Shown here in pieces: positions 1 through 12,629 of a stretch of DNA of 64,000 nucleotides (within the stretch, counting starts at the first letter, position 1; each line of letters begins with the position of its first letter). This stretch comes from Schmidtea polychroa (Eukaryota), in the NCBI GenBank assembly GCA_044892525.1, contig CM097885.1, forward strand, positions 2,048,001-2,112,000, given 5' to 3'. A model generated the notes under the pieces. That model was not told where the DNA came from, did no database searches, and saw only the letters and a list, made by a program, of their open reading frames with translations. The translations under genes were made by a program, and so were the position numbers.

Positions 1-655
1 TGGGAATTTCCAGAAATTGGGTAACTTTCGATATCATATCAGCCATCTTATGTAATAATTATAATAATATTAAATAATTATATAATAATCATTTCGCTCT
101 CATTACTAACATGCAAGAAACTCAATCTCATACAGAATCAAACCAAGTGATTATTATTATTTTTAGGCAACGGTGCACCTGTGTTGTTGGGAACAATTAT
201 GCTTGTATATAACATTTCCAAATTCAATCTGCTATAAATAGAACATTTATACTCTGCCCAATGAATGCTCACACATTTCATAGAAGTATAGAGTCAAAAT
301 CGAAATAGATCCAGTTCTATCCAAAGACACCATGATGAAAAATGAGCACACAATTTTGATTTAATTACATATTGGTGTATTTTCTATGCAACTAGCAGAA
401 ATGTCAATATATTTATTTATATTTAATTTGTCTAGATCAGGGCTTTTTTCTGGAAAAAAAGGTGCCGGAACGTATCTGTACTATCTTTTATATGCAAATA
501 AATGACGCTGAAATTAGCTAACAAATAAAATAATTATACAGGACACAAAATATACACTTATTAGTTATTAGTAACTTATTACCGATAAATTTTATTATGT
601 AGAAAAAATGTAAAGAAAAAAATAAAATCGTAAAGTTGTTTATAGCAAATTCCAT

Positions 656-741
<86 letters not shown>

Positions 742-750
742 TAATAACAG

Positions 751-1246
751 GTGAATGTTTCATGCAACCAAATGCCAAATCACTTAATCACCCAAATCCG
801 AGCGAATGATTCCGATTTAAGCCAAGCTACAGATAATCGGATCACTTATATCCTTCTTCCTTTTCCTTCAGTTAGCTATCCTCATCCTCAGTCAAGACTC
901 TCAATTTATCAAAATCTTTTCGATATCGACAGTCATGGAGGTCAACTCTTTCTTATCAACAAATTTCCAACTTGTTCGTATTCTTATGAAATTAAAGTCC
1001 ACATCAGGGCCGTTGATCATGGATCTCCTCAACTGTCATCACAAACCTATTTGATTGTCAAAGTAATCAGCGACATCACCGACAAGAAGCATCATACAAA
1101 CCCGATTTGGACTCCAGAAAAGAAGTCACACTGGACTGCAATTATTAGCCTAGTCGTGGCCACAGCAATTCTCATATCCTTTCTATTCGGAATACTATGC
1201 CTATTGAAAAGAAAATATTCTCTACAGGAATCCAATTATCGCAAGG
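751..1246 (+). CDS. Protocadherin/cadherin-like gene, exon encoding the last cadherin repeat, transmembrane helix and start of the cytoplasmic tail (5' part of gene not resolved)
   Basis: Cadherin motifs IRANDSD, LFDID, AVDHGSPQLS; hydrophobic TM segment WTAIISLVVATAILISFLFGILCLL followed by KRK; AG acceptor at 749-750 and GT donor at 1247 (phase 1). Confidence 0.85.
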
Positions 1247-2078
1247 GTCAGACGAAACCGGATTTCAGTTAGTTGAATTATATTTTAAATTTTAACCGAT
1301 GCCATACATTTTATCCCCAAAATGAGTAATAAAATACAGAAATATTGGATCATTATATCTATAATATGTACAATAACTGTTAATTTTAATCGATAACATG
1401 ATATTTCTAATTCAACACTATTTCAATGTTAATTTGCTCTATCGAATGATGAATAAGTTGTTCAATTTATCTAAGTATTTCTTTGTAAATTGATATATTA
1501 TTTTAGTTATTATTAACTTATTTTAAATATACAGTATTATTCAGGCTTTAGAGGGCCCGACTTACGTACTTTCGGAGATACGTATTTTCTCACCCAAACC
1601 CTGTAACTGTAACGAATATAAGAAATTTAGTTTGAAATTATTTTAAATATTATTATTATTATTATTAATATCAATTTTTCTTAGGATCTTTTTGCAGTAG
1701 CATATATACGCTATTAAAAATACTTAGTTAAATTTTTAAAATTTTAAATCTACTTTTTATGTTATTTTTGATTTATTTTAATTTTTAAATATATAATTTA
1801 TTTTCATTATGACAAAAGATTAAAATATAATTTTCTATAAGCCTAAAATGGCATTGCAAAGAAAATTAATTTTTGATTTTTTATCAAAATGAAAATAAAT
1901 GAAATATCATCAAAAGACAAAAATAGACCAAATGTCAATAAAAAAATAAAAGAATTTACTGATGGGAACATAACGTACCGAATTTACCAATTGTTATCCC
2001 GTAATCTTATAGCAATAAAGTTTAAACCACTTTTGTTTTTTTATAAAAGATGCAAAAGATGTAACTAATAACACTTAA

Positions 2079-2312
2079 CCACTTAATGTACACATTTATT
2101 TTGAATTTTGTGTAATAATATAATAAAAATAATATAATAAAGAAAGTAATTCAAAAAAAATTAAATAATTAAACAATTCAAACAACACGTTATAAACACG
2201 CTATACTTAAATATCATAAGTAAATAAAATGTTCGCCCGTCTATGTCACGGGCGCGTACAAAATTGCCAGTAAGATGCGCCCGTATATGTCACGGGCACG
2301 TACATTAAGTGG
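2079..2312. mobile_element. TTAA-flanked MITE (piggyBac-like)
   Basis: TIR CCACTTAATGTAC / GTACATTAAGTGG, TTAA on both sides, internal duplicated GC-rich motif cgcccgt-tatgtcacgggc. Confidence 0.7.
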
Positions 2313-3450
2313 TTAATAAAGTCAAGGCCGAAAATTTGTGTTGCACCGAAAATTAAATTATGATCTTTTATCATAATAAAAATAAATGAAATATAAAACA
2401 CATTAAAATCTTGGTTTACGTCGTTTCGAAGTTGCGCCCTTAATATTTCTATTGGCTCTTCTTAAATTGATATAAAGGGGATTTCGCACTTATTTCAGTA
2501 AGTCAAATTTTTATGTAAACTTTTTTTAAAAGAAGAGAAATTAGTGAATCAGATATGGAAGCAAGCTTTGATGGTAATGAGGAGGAAGATATTTATAAGT
2601 TATTAATAAATATTGTACACTGATACCAATTAATAAATACCTTATACAAATATATAGGAAAAATTATTTCAATTTGCGTCGTGTTTCACTGGTCCCAATT
2701 AATAACATAAGTCGAAGTATTGGTGTATAGTTGTTGCCCCTTTTACTTGTAACTTATGCTCCCTATGTTAATGTAACCTCTTATAGTTATCATAGGACAA
2801 TTATAAATCCCTGGGTCATAGATAATGCCCCTCCCCATCATTTTGTAAGATTTTGTACAGAAAACATTACAAAAAGTGGTCTATATGCTTGAAATTATCA
2901 CGTATACTGAAAAATAATTCAATTATAATGAAATTAGAATTCCTTTTTTCGGATTTCAATCCGAATCTCAATATCTTTGGGAGGCTGGTCAAATATTTGC
3001 TCATGAGTATCATATATGGAACAGATGAATAAATGACATTTGATCTTCATTCCTTCATAGTGTATCTCATGTTTACTTTTCAGGTCACGTGATTGAACGG
3101 CATGGCGCCTCGGATCCAGGAAAATTGACATCTGTTAGTCGTTGTGATTTATTTTCAATTTATTCGCCAGTTGTTGCATTTCTGAATGATGAATGGCAAA
3201 ATTTTCTTTTTTCTTTAGGATGACGAGGAACAGATAACGAACCCAGACTATCGGAATTTGGGAACTTATGTCGGATTTCCTCCCAATCACTATACTGTTG
3301 GATCTCTTAATCAGAAATTGAATAATAATTTGGGTTTGTCGGCACACTTTTTTAATTATTATAATTATTACAATTATTATTATAATTAAAATTTTAACTA
3401 TTATAATAATAATATTAATAAGAAAATAATAAAATTAAAATGAATAAAAA

Positions 3451-3657
<207 letters not shown>

Positions 3658-4463
3658 TTATTATTAATTTATTATTAATGTTCTCAGTTTATCGGAGATT
3701 TAATGCACTGTCAGAAATTTCTGTTAATCAGCAAACATTGATCTATAGTAGAAAATTAAATGAAGATAAATCTTACTGCTAAAATAATGATTAATAATAA
3801 ATGTTTATTAGAATTAGACAATAAAAAACATTTTTATCCGACATTCATCCAATTATAAATGAAAATATTTTTTATGGACAATACCTGATTTGTATACCAG
3901 ATTCTGAGGATAAGAGATGCTGATAAGGGATGAAGAATAAAGAGGTTACTATCTGAGGTCTCAAAAGTAATATAATAACATTTGTTTGCATTGCTATTTC
4001 AGTGACAATTTTACATTGTTTGCCAACCGCTGCAATTTCCTACATTTCTGAATCAGTCTCACTACCATTTTACTCCTCTCCCTCTTCTGATTGAAAGGTA
4101 AAGCAAATAATCCTATCAAAATATTTAATATTTCAATGACTGTCAATTAAGCTGAAAACAGTAAGTGACAATGAAATGGAGGGGCCCAAGAATGGAGAAT
4201 CCTGTCAAAATATTATTATTTGAAAAAAGATGAAAATGAAAGTTCTCATTACATAAAATAGATTTGACAATGAAAAACAAAATATCAAAACAAAAACACA
4301 CGACCCAAACTTATAATTAGCTCAAAGTCATCGTAGCGCTGGAATTTTGCCCCTTGCTGACAGATAATTACAGAACAAACAAGAATAGCAACAATAAGCA
4401 ACGCAACAATTTCATAATTAAATGGAAATATTTCCCATAATGTTTAGATAGATATTTCTCTGA

Positions 4464-4560
<97 letters not shown>

Positions 4561-4928
4561 GCTATCGTGAATTGTGTATTTATCAAGTCCATAAAATAAT
4601 AATCTTCCAAAAATTTATTTCAAATCAAACATTCTTTCCAATATTATCAAAACACACACACACACACAATATATATCTTTCAGTGTCAAATATTGGTATT
4701 TTCAGAAGGACAGATTTCACTCTTCATACATTTCATTCACATCAACATACTAAATTTATTATTTTAAATTTATAAACATTTAACATTTTACATTATACAT
4801 TTAAAATGTTAATTTGAAAATACTATTTTTAAAATAATTTATTTAATTAATTTTCAAATATATACTTATATTTATTATTATTATGACTAGAAGTATTACT
4901 GAGAAATAGTTAAACAGTTTTTATTCAG

Positions 4929-5236
4929 ATGTCAGCGGACGGATTGCCATGCAGCATTATCCTCAGAAGTACCCCTCTCAAATAGACAAGAACAACTTGT
5001 ACCAAACATTGACAATGCAGAGAAATGCCCCGTCAAAATTCTTTTCAGTTCAAAAGAACAACACACTCAGTTTAAGTTTGCTAGAGAAGAAGTCAAACGA
5101 TGCTGTTCCAACGAATGGAACTCAAACCTTTCATTCCTGCTCACAATCAACTCCAAGTCACGAAGAGCTGGACGACGCCAGCGAAACGATTGCCAATCCG
5201 ATGGTGTCGACTTACTGTTCCATAAGTTTCGTATGA
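4929..5236 (+). CDS. Probable terminal exon of the protocadherin-like gene (cytoplasmic tail ending -SISFV)
   Basis: ttattcAG acceptor at 4927-4928; phase matches the donor at 1247; Ser/Thr-rich tail ends in S-F-V, a class I PDZ-ligand-like motif; small intervening exons not excluded. Confidence 0.55.
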
Positions 5237-5748
5237 GACAAATTTGACTAGAGGTTCTCAACAGATATCTGTCAAAGAAAGGGCACAATTATGAATTGAA
5301 ATTATTGATAACATTTGTAAATAAATTTTCGTGTCGATTATTCTATGTTAGCCCACCGTTGCCCCATTAATCCAATGGAATCCTAATGGATATATGTGAG
5401 CTCTGATAACACTCTTGACGCCTGCTGCTCCAGAGCGGAAGCCACTTAGCAAACTCAATGAGTTATCGCGCTCGCTGATCAAGACTCATACTTGAATGCT
5501 GATATTTCCTTAGTTGGGGAGGGGACTCTACCAGGGTGAGCTTGTTAACCTTGTTAACCAACTATCACTGAATCAATATTGTAAAGGGAAATGGGATATT
5601 GAGCATCTCTATACCTACCCCACAGATCGGAAATAGATAATTTCCATCGAATGTCAAGCCAAGATATTATCCTAGGTCCCCAATTGATGTAGCTAGAAAA
5701 GAAATGGAGTCAGCAGCATTAATAAATAATGTCAATTTTCATATATAG

Positions 5749-5819
<71 letters not shown>

Positions 5820-5821
5820 CA

Positions 5822-5906
<85 letters not shown>

Positions 5907-6519
5907 GGCTTTTGTGTCATTTGATTGGTGCTTTCAATAATTGCGCTGGATTTATTGATTTCCTGGCACCATTAAATCAATAAGTCAAATTTTCAATCAA
6001 TTTTTATTTAGTTTTTCGTAATTTTAATTGACAATTCTTTTAGATTTTCCTCGATTTTTTAGTTTCTTAGAATCGACATTTTATTGATTTAATTATTGAT
6101 TAAATAGTCGATATAAAAATTGATTGATTTCTTTTAATAATTTATTGATTATTGCAAAATGAAGGAAACTAGATTTGAAATAGGCATAAAATAATTAAAT
6201 TTTGATTTTTTGGGCTGTGATAAAGGAGTGCAAAATTCAAATTTATTTTTTTATTAAAATTAATTAGAAAGATTAAATATCAATTAATGGAGAGGACGGA
6301 GGAAGGCGGAGGAAGGCGGAGGAAGGGCTAGCTAGCAAATAATATGTTAAAGGCAAATTTAATAATTTTAAATTGATGTGGAAGTCAAGAAGATGTAATT
6401 GCAAAAATATTAATTAATTAATTAATTAATTAAAATCATTGACAACAATAATTAATTCTTTTGGAAAGCAAAATCATCGAGCTTGACAGTTGCGATAGTA
6501 GAGTAATATGAAATTAAGA

Positions 6520-6930
6520 TAAACGTTACAAGCTTTGTGATACCCAGTGCAAATCCCAATAGTAGACTAGTTTCGAGCTTTTGGCTCTCATCAGTACTAT
6601 GCAGGAGACGCGAAGATTTCTTTTCATGCCAGGTAAGTATGCAATATTGCTGATTCAACTCTACTGCATACTTTACCTGCTACACTGGAAATCACGTCAC
6701 TTGCAAATTAGCTAAATCACAGAAAAAAAATATCAGCAAACTTGTAAACATGGCGTATGAAAATCATATTCGCCTCTGGAGACACCGTCATACACAGAAA
6801 CTGTTTACTATTCCATCCGTAAACCTTTAGCCTTTTTAACTTGTAATGGATTAAAATATTTTTTACGGATGTCTAACAATAAAATAAGATAAACATTATA
6901 AGCTTTGTGATACTTATTGTATACTTGCAA
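6520..6930 (-). repeat. Retrozyme/Penelope-pLTR-like repeat, ~370-nt monomer (one copy plus the start of a second)
   Basis: aagctttgtgata recurs about 370 nt apart (~6531 and ~6900); homologous to 8963-9134 (inverted) and 45911-46350. Confidence 0.7.
6559..6600 (-). ncRNA. Minimal type I hammerhead ribozyme
   Basis: Minus strand reads ATAGTA-CTGATGA-GAGC-CAAAA-GCTC-GAAA-C-TA-GTC-TACTAT: intact core, 6-bp stem I, 4-bp stem II, palindromic ACTAGT stem III, GUC cleavage triplet. Confidence 0.9.
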
Positions 6931-6940
6931 TATTGTATAC

Positions 6941-8962
6941 GGTGACCGGACAAAACAGAACAAGACAAAACAGAACATGACAAAACAGAACAAGACAAAA
7001 CAGAACATGACAAAACAGAACAAGACAAAACAGAACAGTGACAAAACAGAACAGTGACAAAACAGAACATTATTTTTATTTTAAATTATTATTGTACATA
7101 TTATTTTACATCTAATCTTGATGTTGTAAGCATTACTGGAGGTTGGCCATTCTGCGTAAATACCTCAATTTGTCTTCGTGAGCGTGGTATTCCTGCACAT
7201 CTATTGACACTTGAAGAGCAATGGCTTCGTACTTCTTTTTTATCACTTCTTGGCGACCTGTCTGGGCATTGGCTAGTATTAATCGCTGACAAGCCATATC
7301 TCGTCTTAGTCCATCTAATAAATTCCATATGCTTGGGTTACTACAATGAAATATTGAATTTAATGCGTTGTGAAAACCTTCACAACAATTTGTTGTCTTG
7401 GGAGATCGCTCAGCAGCAGCCTCGAAATGGTTCCATATTCTTATTGGAAAGAGTGGTGATCTTCCAGCAACTCCTTCGATGTAGGTTGAGCAGAAATATG
7501 CTAATATTTGATTGTAGGCATCCTCATCTGGAAATGTTGCAGCTAGTTCGTCAAAGACAGTTTTTAAATCTAAGATTGGAACAAAGGAGAGTGCAGCTAA
7601 CGACTTCAGTTTCAACTTTATGTCAATATCGGACTCATATAGTGCTTTCAATCCAACACTGTTGATCTTCCTAATTAAGCTTTGGCTGAGATGAAAGTAG
7701 CATCCTTTTATTTCTGCTTGTGGAAAAGCAGCTTGAGCAGCAGACATACATGCTTTTCAAAATCCAGTAGAATTTTTTGAGGTGTCATATTGGGCACCAA
7801 TTCCTTTAGTATTACAAACATCCTGTTGTATGTACTCATATTCTTTTTTTGTAAAAGAAAATATATACATGGAGGATATGAATTTCCAATCTTAGCATGC
7901 CATGTATACAGCTGATAGAACATGTTAGGTGCTTTATCAAATGTTCCGTCTCCATAAATGACATCCTTGTGTAGCTCTGAGACAATATCATTATTCCCGA
8001 TTGCCAATATTCTTTCTGGATCATCAGTTCCTGTATCATATAAAATGAGATCAAGAAATTTCTCTGGTATAATAAAATCAGTTGTAGCTGGATTCGGCAA
8101 AGAAAAGGTTTCCTTATGTCTACCAAGATTTCTTGTGAGTGAGGATTGCTTTGGTAAATGTTCCAAAACATCGCTATTTACTAATGCTAAGGCATTTCCC
8201 AGAATATTTCTTGGAGTTGCACCAATTGCTTTTATGTCCTTTTTAATCTTAGCCTTTAAAATATTTGCCTGTGCTTTTTGAGGATTTGATTGATGGCAGT
8301 GTTGAGGGACCTCTCCAACGATGTTTTCTCCTTGTGTTTTCAACAATGCTCGGCATTTCGTGGAAAAGTAGATTCTGCATCTCCAGGTGACGACTCCGCC
8401 TTGGTTTTCCCTATACTTTGTATATTCATAGCCTTGGTACAATAGACATTTATTTTCTTTATTTGTGATTGAATATTCCATGATTTTATTATTTATTTTA
8501 AAGCTTTAATTTAACTGAAAAACAAATCTATAATGATAATATTATAATGCAATAGAGATACTTATAGGATCAATTCCTTTCTGACAAGGTAGAAAAAAGT
8601 ATAAAAGTCAGTTAAATTTTATAGAAAAAATCGCACTAGGAAAGAATAAAGAATTTATAGAAATTATTTAAAGTTAAATATTTCAAAAAGTGTTTTTATA
8701 AAAATTGGGGAATACTGTAATTGTAAATTCGATTGTAATTCAAATCGCTGCAAATGTAAAATGGCCAACCTCCAGTTGTACAATAATAATTTAAAATAAA
8801 AATAATGTAATATAATATATAACTTTTTTCCACATGTTCTGTTTTGTCACTGTTCTGTTTTGTCATTGTTCTGTTTTGTCTTGTTCTGTTTTGTCATGTT
8901 CTGTTTTGTCTTGTTTTGTTTTGTCATGTTCTGTTTTGTCATGTTCTGTTTGTCATGGAACC
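6941..8962 (-). mobile_element. Mutator-like (MULE) DNA transposon
   Basis: Perfect 9-bp TSD ATTGTATAC (6932-6940 and 8963-8971); GG...CC termini; inverted subterminal arrays of GACAAAACAGAACA units; encodes a MULE transposase. Confidence 0.93.
7133..8481 (-). pseudogene. MULE transposase with FLYWCH-like N-terminus, one frameshift near 7750
   Basis: YQGYEY..WRC..C..HCH, YGDGTF, LLDFE, GCYFHLSQ, TTNCCEGFHN; ORFs 7708-8481 and 7133-7747 join if one A is restored in DFEK-ACMSAA. Confidence 0.9.
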
Positions 8963-9007
8963 ATTGTATACTTACCTGGCGCCAAGAGAAATCTTCGCGT
9001 CTCCTGC

Positions 9008-9049
9008 ATAGTACTGATGAGAGCCAAAAGCTCGAAACTAGTCTACTAT
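9008..9049 (+). ncRNA. Minimal type I hammerhead ribozyme
   Basis: ATAGTA(9008)-CTGATGA(9014-9020)-GAGC-CAAAA-GCTC-GAAA(9034-9037)-C-TA-GTC-TACTAT; predicted cleavage after C9043. Confidence 0.9.
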
Positions 9050-9521
9050 TGGGATTTGCACTAGGTATCACAAAGCTTGTAACGTTTATCTTATTTTATT
9101 GTTAGACATCCGTAAAAAAAATATTTTAATCCATAATATGAAATTGTATTTATTTGTTCAAAGATTTGGGAGGAGGAGGGAAGGGGAGAGGAGGAGAGGG
9201 GGCTGTACAGAAAATTTGTGTTAAATAAGTATAAAATATTATTTTCAGTTCGTATGCTATCATGTATTTTTGAAATTTATTAATTTATTTTTATTTGATT
9301 ATATTAATTTTGTCTCTGAAATATTAATAATTTGGTTCTAAAAAGTCATAAAATTTAAATTCACATACAATCAAGCTTTAATAATATTTGACAATAATAA
9401 TAATAATATTAATAATTCAATAAATTTCATATTAATATTTGTAAGATTAGATCAAAACAATATATAAAGTACAAGATATTTCAGCACTGCCTTTTTCAAA
9501 TGTATATTTGATGAATAATAT

Positions 9522-10271
9522 TGTTGGGTTTTTAATTGAACGTCGATTCTCTCTCTGACTCCTCGTGTTCTTATTCAGCCAAATAACTCAAACCCAACAC
9601 AGAATACTTTTTATTAATCTTTATCACAATTAAAATTTGTAACTATTTGCACCTTCCTCTCTCGATACTTTTCACTCGATAAGGTAGAAAAACCCTAAGG
9701 ATAATCACCTTTTCTGGTTCGAGTCTCAATATATTTCTCCTTCAAATTATTGATCGCCGGATTATGCTTCTTTGTTTTCTTTTACTCTCTTCGAGCAAAT
9801 GGCTGCTTGTTCACTGCTGAGCTCTCTTTTTATATTTTCATAAGAGACATATTATCTAGGAAATTGAGCTAAATTATCCTAAATCAATATTTTTGGGTTT
9901 CAAATTTGTTTACCCTTGATTAGAGATTAAAATATTCCTCTTTTTATCTCACTTCTCGGGTCTCACTGCGAATCGGGTTTCCCATGGGCTCGTGCTTCCC
10001 ATGGGCTCGGGTTTTCCATTACCGATTAATTAATTTTATTTAATTTGTTTTTTTCGCATTAACTTTACCTGTGAATACCTTATTAAATTTTTATTAAAAT
10101 TTCTGAATTCGTCTATCAATTTGGCGTTGAACTATACCCGATACCCCTGATCAATATTGATTTTTTATTTTTAGTAAATTTTAATCAATTTTGAACTTTT
10201 ATTGATTTTAACATTATTTTTTATGCTTTTCTTTTATATATAAATTTTTGGTTTTTGCGCTAACCCCAACA
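9522..10271 (-). mobile_element. Solo LTR (Gypsy-like)
   Basis: TGTTGGG...CCCAACA termini, 4-bp TSD ATAT (9518-9521 and 10272-10275); TATAAAA and AATAAA on the minus strand. Confidence 0.75.
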
Positions 10272-10339
10272 ATATTACGAATATTAATATAAAATTTATT
10301 GAATCAAAAAAAAAGATATATGATGAAACCGAGAGATAA

Positions 10340-10467
<128 letters not shown>

Positions 10468-10489
10468 GTAATAAAAATAATAATAATAA

Positions 10490-11155
10490 TTGAATAAGTC
10501 CAAGAAATGGTATAACAATTTTATTGGCATCCAAAGGGCCACGTGGATCAGTTTTGAATAATAACCGTTTGTCCATTTCAATATCATGAGGTAATGCCAT
10601 CATTGACCGAAATTGAATGAAATCAAGACCTAATGGTCGCATCTCAGCCGATTGGGTATAGAGCTTATTAATATCCGCAATAGAACGACATATTATGTCA
10701 CAAGGCATTGCATATCCAATTTTAGATTTAAATCGAGCTGCTTCCACTTGTGCACGACATACTTGAGATCGACAATCAGGGATCATACCAATCATAACAC
10801 CTCCAGTACTTTCAGTAATGTTAAACAATCTTGTGGCTGAACTCTTCTCAATCATTTTATCTGGAACTTTTCTCTTTGCATATCTATCGATTTCATTAAG
10901 CCAATTTTTAACATTGTTAAACGAATCTTGATCGGTAACATCAAACACAACAATAATTCCATGAGCTCCTCTGTAATAAGACGAGGTTATAGTTCTAAAT
11001 CTTTCTTGACCTGCTGTATCCCATATTTGCAATTTCATAGTTTCACCATTTCCAGTATAAGAATCATCTGCAGGTCTGAATAATAAACAAGATTTTCCCA
11101 CACCAGAATCTCCAATTAATAGAAACTTGACTAAATAGTCACACTCTGGATTCAT
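10490..11155 (-). pseudogene. Intronless chimeric ORF: Rab1 N-terminal half (switch I deleted) fused to a proteasome subunit alpha-6 fragment, running into (TTA)n
   Basis: [25 protein letters not shown]...[27 protein letters not shown]...EIDRYA matches Rab1; [35 protein letters not shown] matches PSMA6; junction near 10877. Confidence 0.88.
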
Positions 11156-11590
11156 TTAATTATTGCCAACGTCCGGTTTCAAATAAAAGCTTATTATAAT
11201 TACAATTATAATTACCAAGAATTCCAGCACAATTCCAGAAATTTCACCAATTTAAACCATTCCAATAATCTCCTCAGATAAACAAAAATTCACAAAAATC
11301 CAATATAGTTTCTACAAATAATTTCATAAAATTTACAAAACACACAGAAAATCCAACCTACTTCTCGCGCCTGTGTGCGCACACCAACCATATTCGAACA
11401 AAACCAGACCGCGCACACAGACGCGAACCAAAAGAAGCATCCAACAAACTGCCAGTCAGAGGTGAGTGACATTCCCCCTCTGACTGGTCGAAACAAATAA
11501 TAATAAAGTATAAAGTGATGATTTCTTGGTAGCAGCATTTATTATTTAAAACAATAAAATGATAATTTAAGCCTTTTGCTACAAATAATG

Positions 11591-11672
11591 TATTTAATGA
11601 AAAAATTTTCGACTATAAGATAGTCCTTGGAGATTGGCAAGGACTATCTTATAGTCGAAAATTCTTTCATTA

Positions 11673-11676
<4 letters not shown>
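11591..11676. repeat. Near-perfect hairpin, 39-bp arms and 8-nt loop
   Basis: 11591-11629 is the reverse complement of 11638-11676 with one mismatch. Confidence 0.9.
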
Positions 11677-11716
<40 letters not shown>

Positions 11717-12030
11717 TAATAATATAACGTCATGATTCCATGTATTTATTTAATGAAATATTGTATAATTTTCAAACAAATTTTCAGCGTTTAATAAAAT
11801 ATTTTAAAAAACTATTTATTAAAATTTCGATATTTAAAATATATTTATTTAAAAATGATTTACTAATAAAAAGATTGTTTAATTTTAATTAAAATTTCAA
11901 TTAAAAAATTCATTTAAAAAACTTCAATTTAGTAATTATTTTAAAAGTTATTTTAATCGTCCATTATTTATCATTTAAAATAAATCATCATAAATCGTTG
12001 AAATATTTAATTCTCAGCTTAAAAGACCTC

Positions 12031-12114
<84 letters not shown>

Positions 12115-12341
12115 TAAAATAATTATACATTGTGTTAATAAATACATTTCAAACCATGTGCATGACTAACAAAGACATGTGCAACATAAGTGGATGATTA
12201 ACAAGGACATGACTGATATACACTATATTTCATATACAAAAAACCACCCATGGAAAATCACCACACGTGTGAAGAGTTTGCAAATTGAAAACTAGGTGAT
12301 AACCAATAACAAGACTCAAATTGAATTAGCATAATCTACAT

Positions 12342-12629
12342 CAGGGATGCACAACCCGCACAAATCATTGTCCAGAAAAATATGGTAAAATTAAGGGCAT
12401 GGCTTTTTAAGTTGTTTTTACAGTTTGGAAGTACAGTTTGGATGTGAGTAAACATTCTCAATTAATAAGCTGAGATCAAACCTCACTGATAGCAACATCA
12501 ACTCTATTTTGAAGATTGCAACAACTGAATTACAACCAAACATTTCATTAGATTTGCATTAGAATTAGACAACTACCGCTGTGCATTATATTGTCTTGGG
12601 CCCTGGCCAAAAAAGGTTGTGCACCCCTG
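12342..12629 (+). mobile_element. hAT-derived MITE
   Basis: TIR CAGGGATGCACAACC / GGTTGTGCACCCCTG; 8-bp TSD atctacat/atctaaat; remnant of a hAT C-terminus (KLRSNLTD..LKIATT..PNI). Confidence 0.75.

Noticed and set aside
3688..4098. Candidate internal protocadherin exons
   Set aside because: Splice-like sites exist, but apart from a possible ~60-nt exon at 3688 the frames contain stops; cannot be supported
7054..7665. 203-aa plus-strand ORF
   Set aside because: Antisense shadow of the MULE transposase
8968..9134. True U1 snRNA gene
   Set aside because: Similarity limited to ~13 nt; no recognisable U1 stem-loops or Sm site
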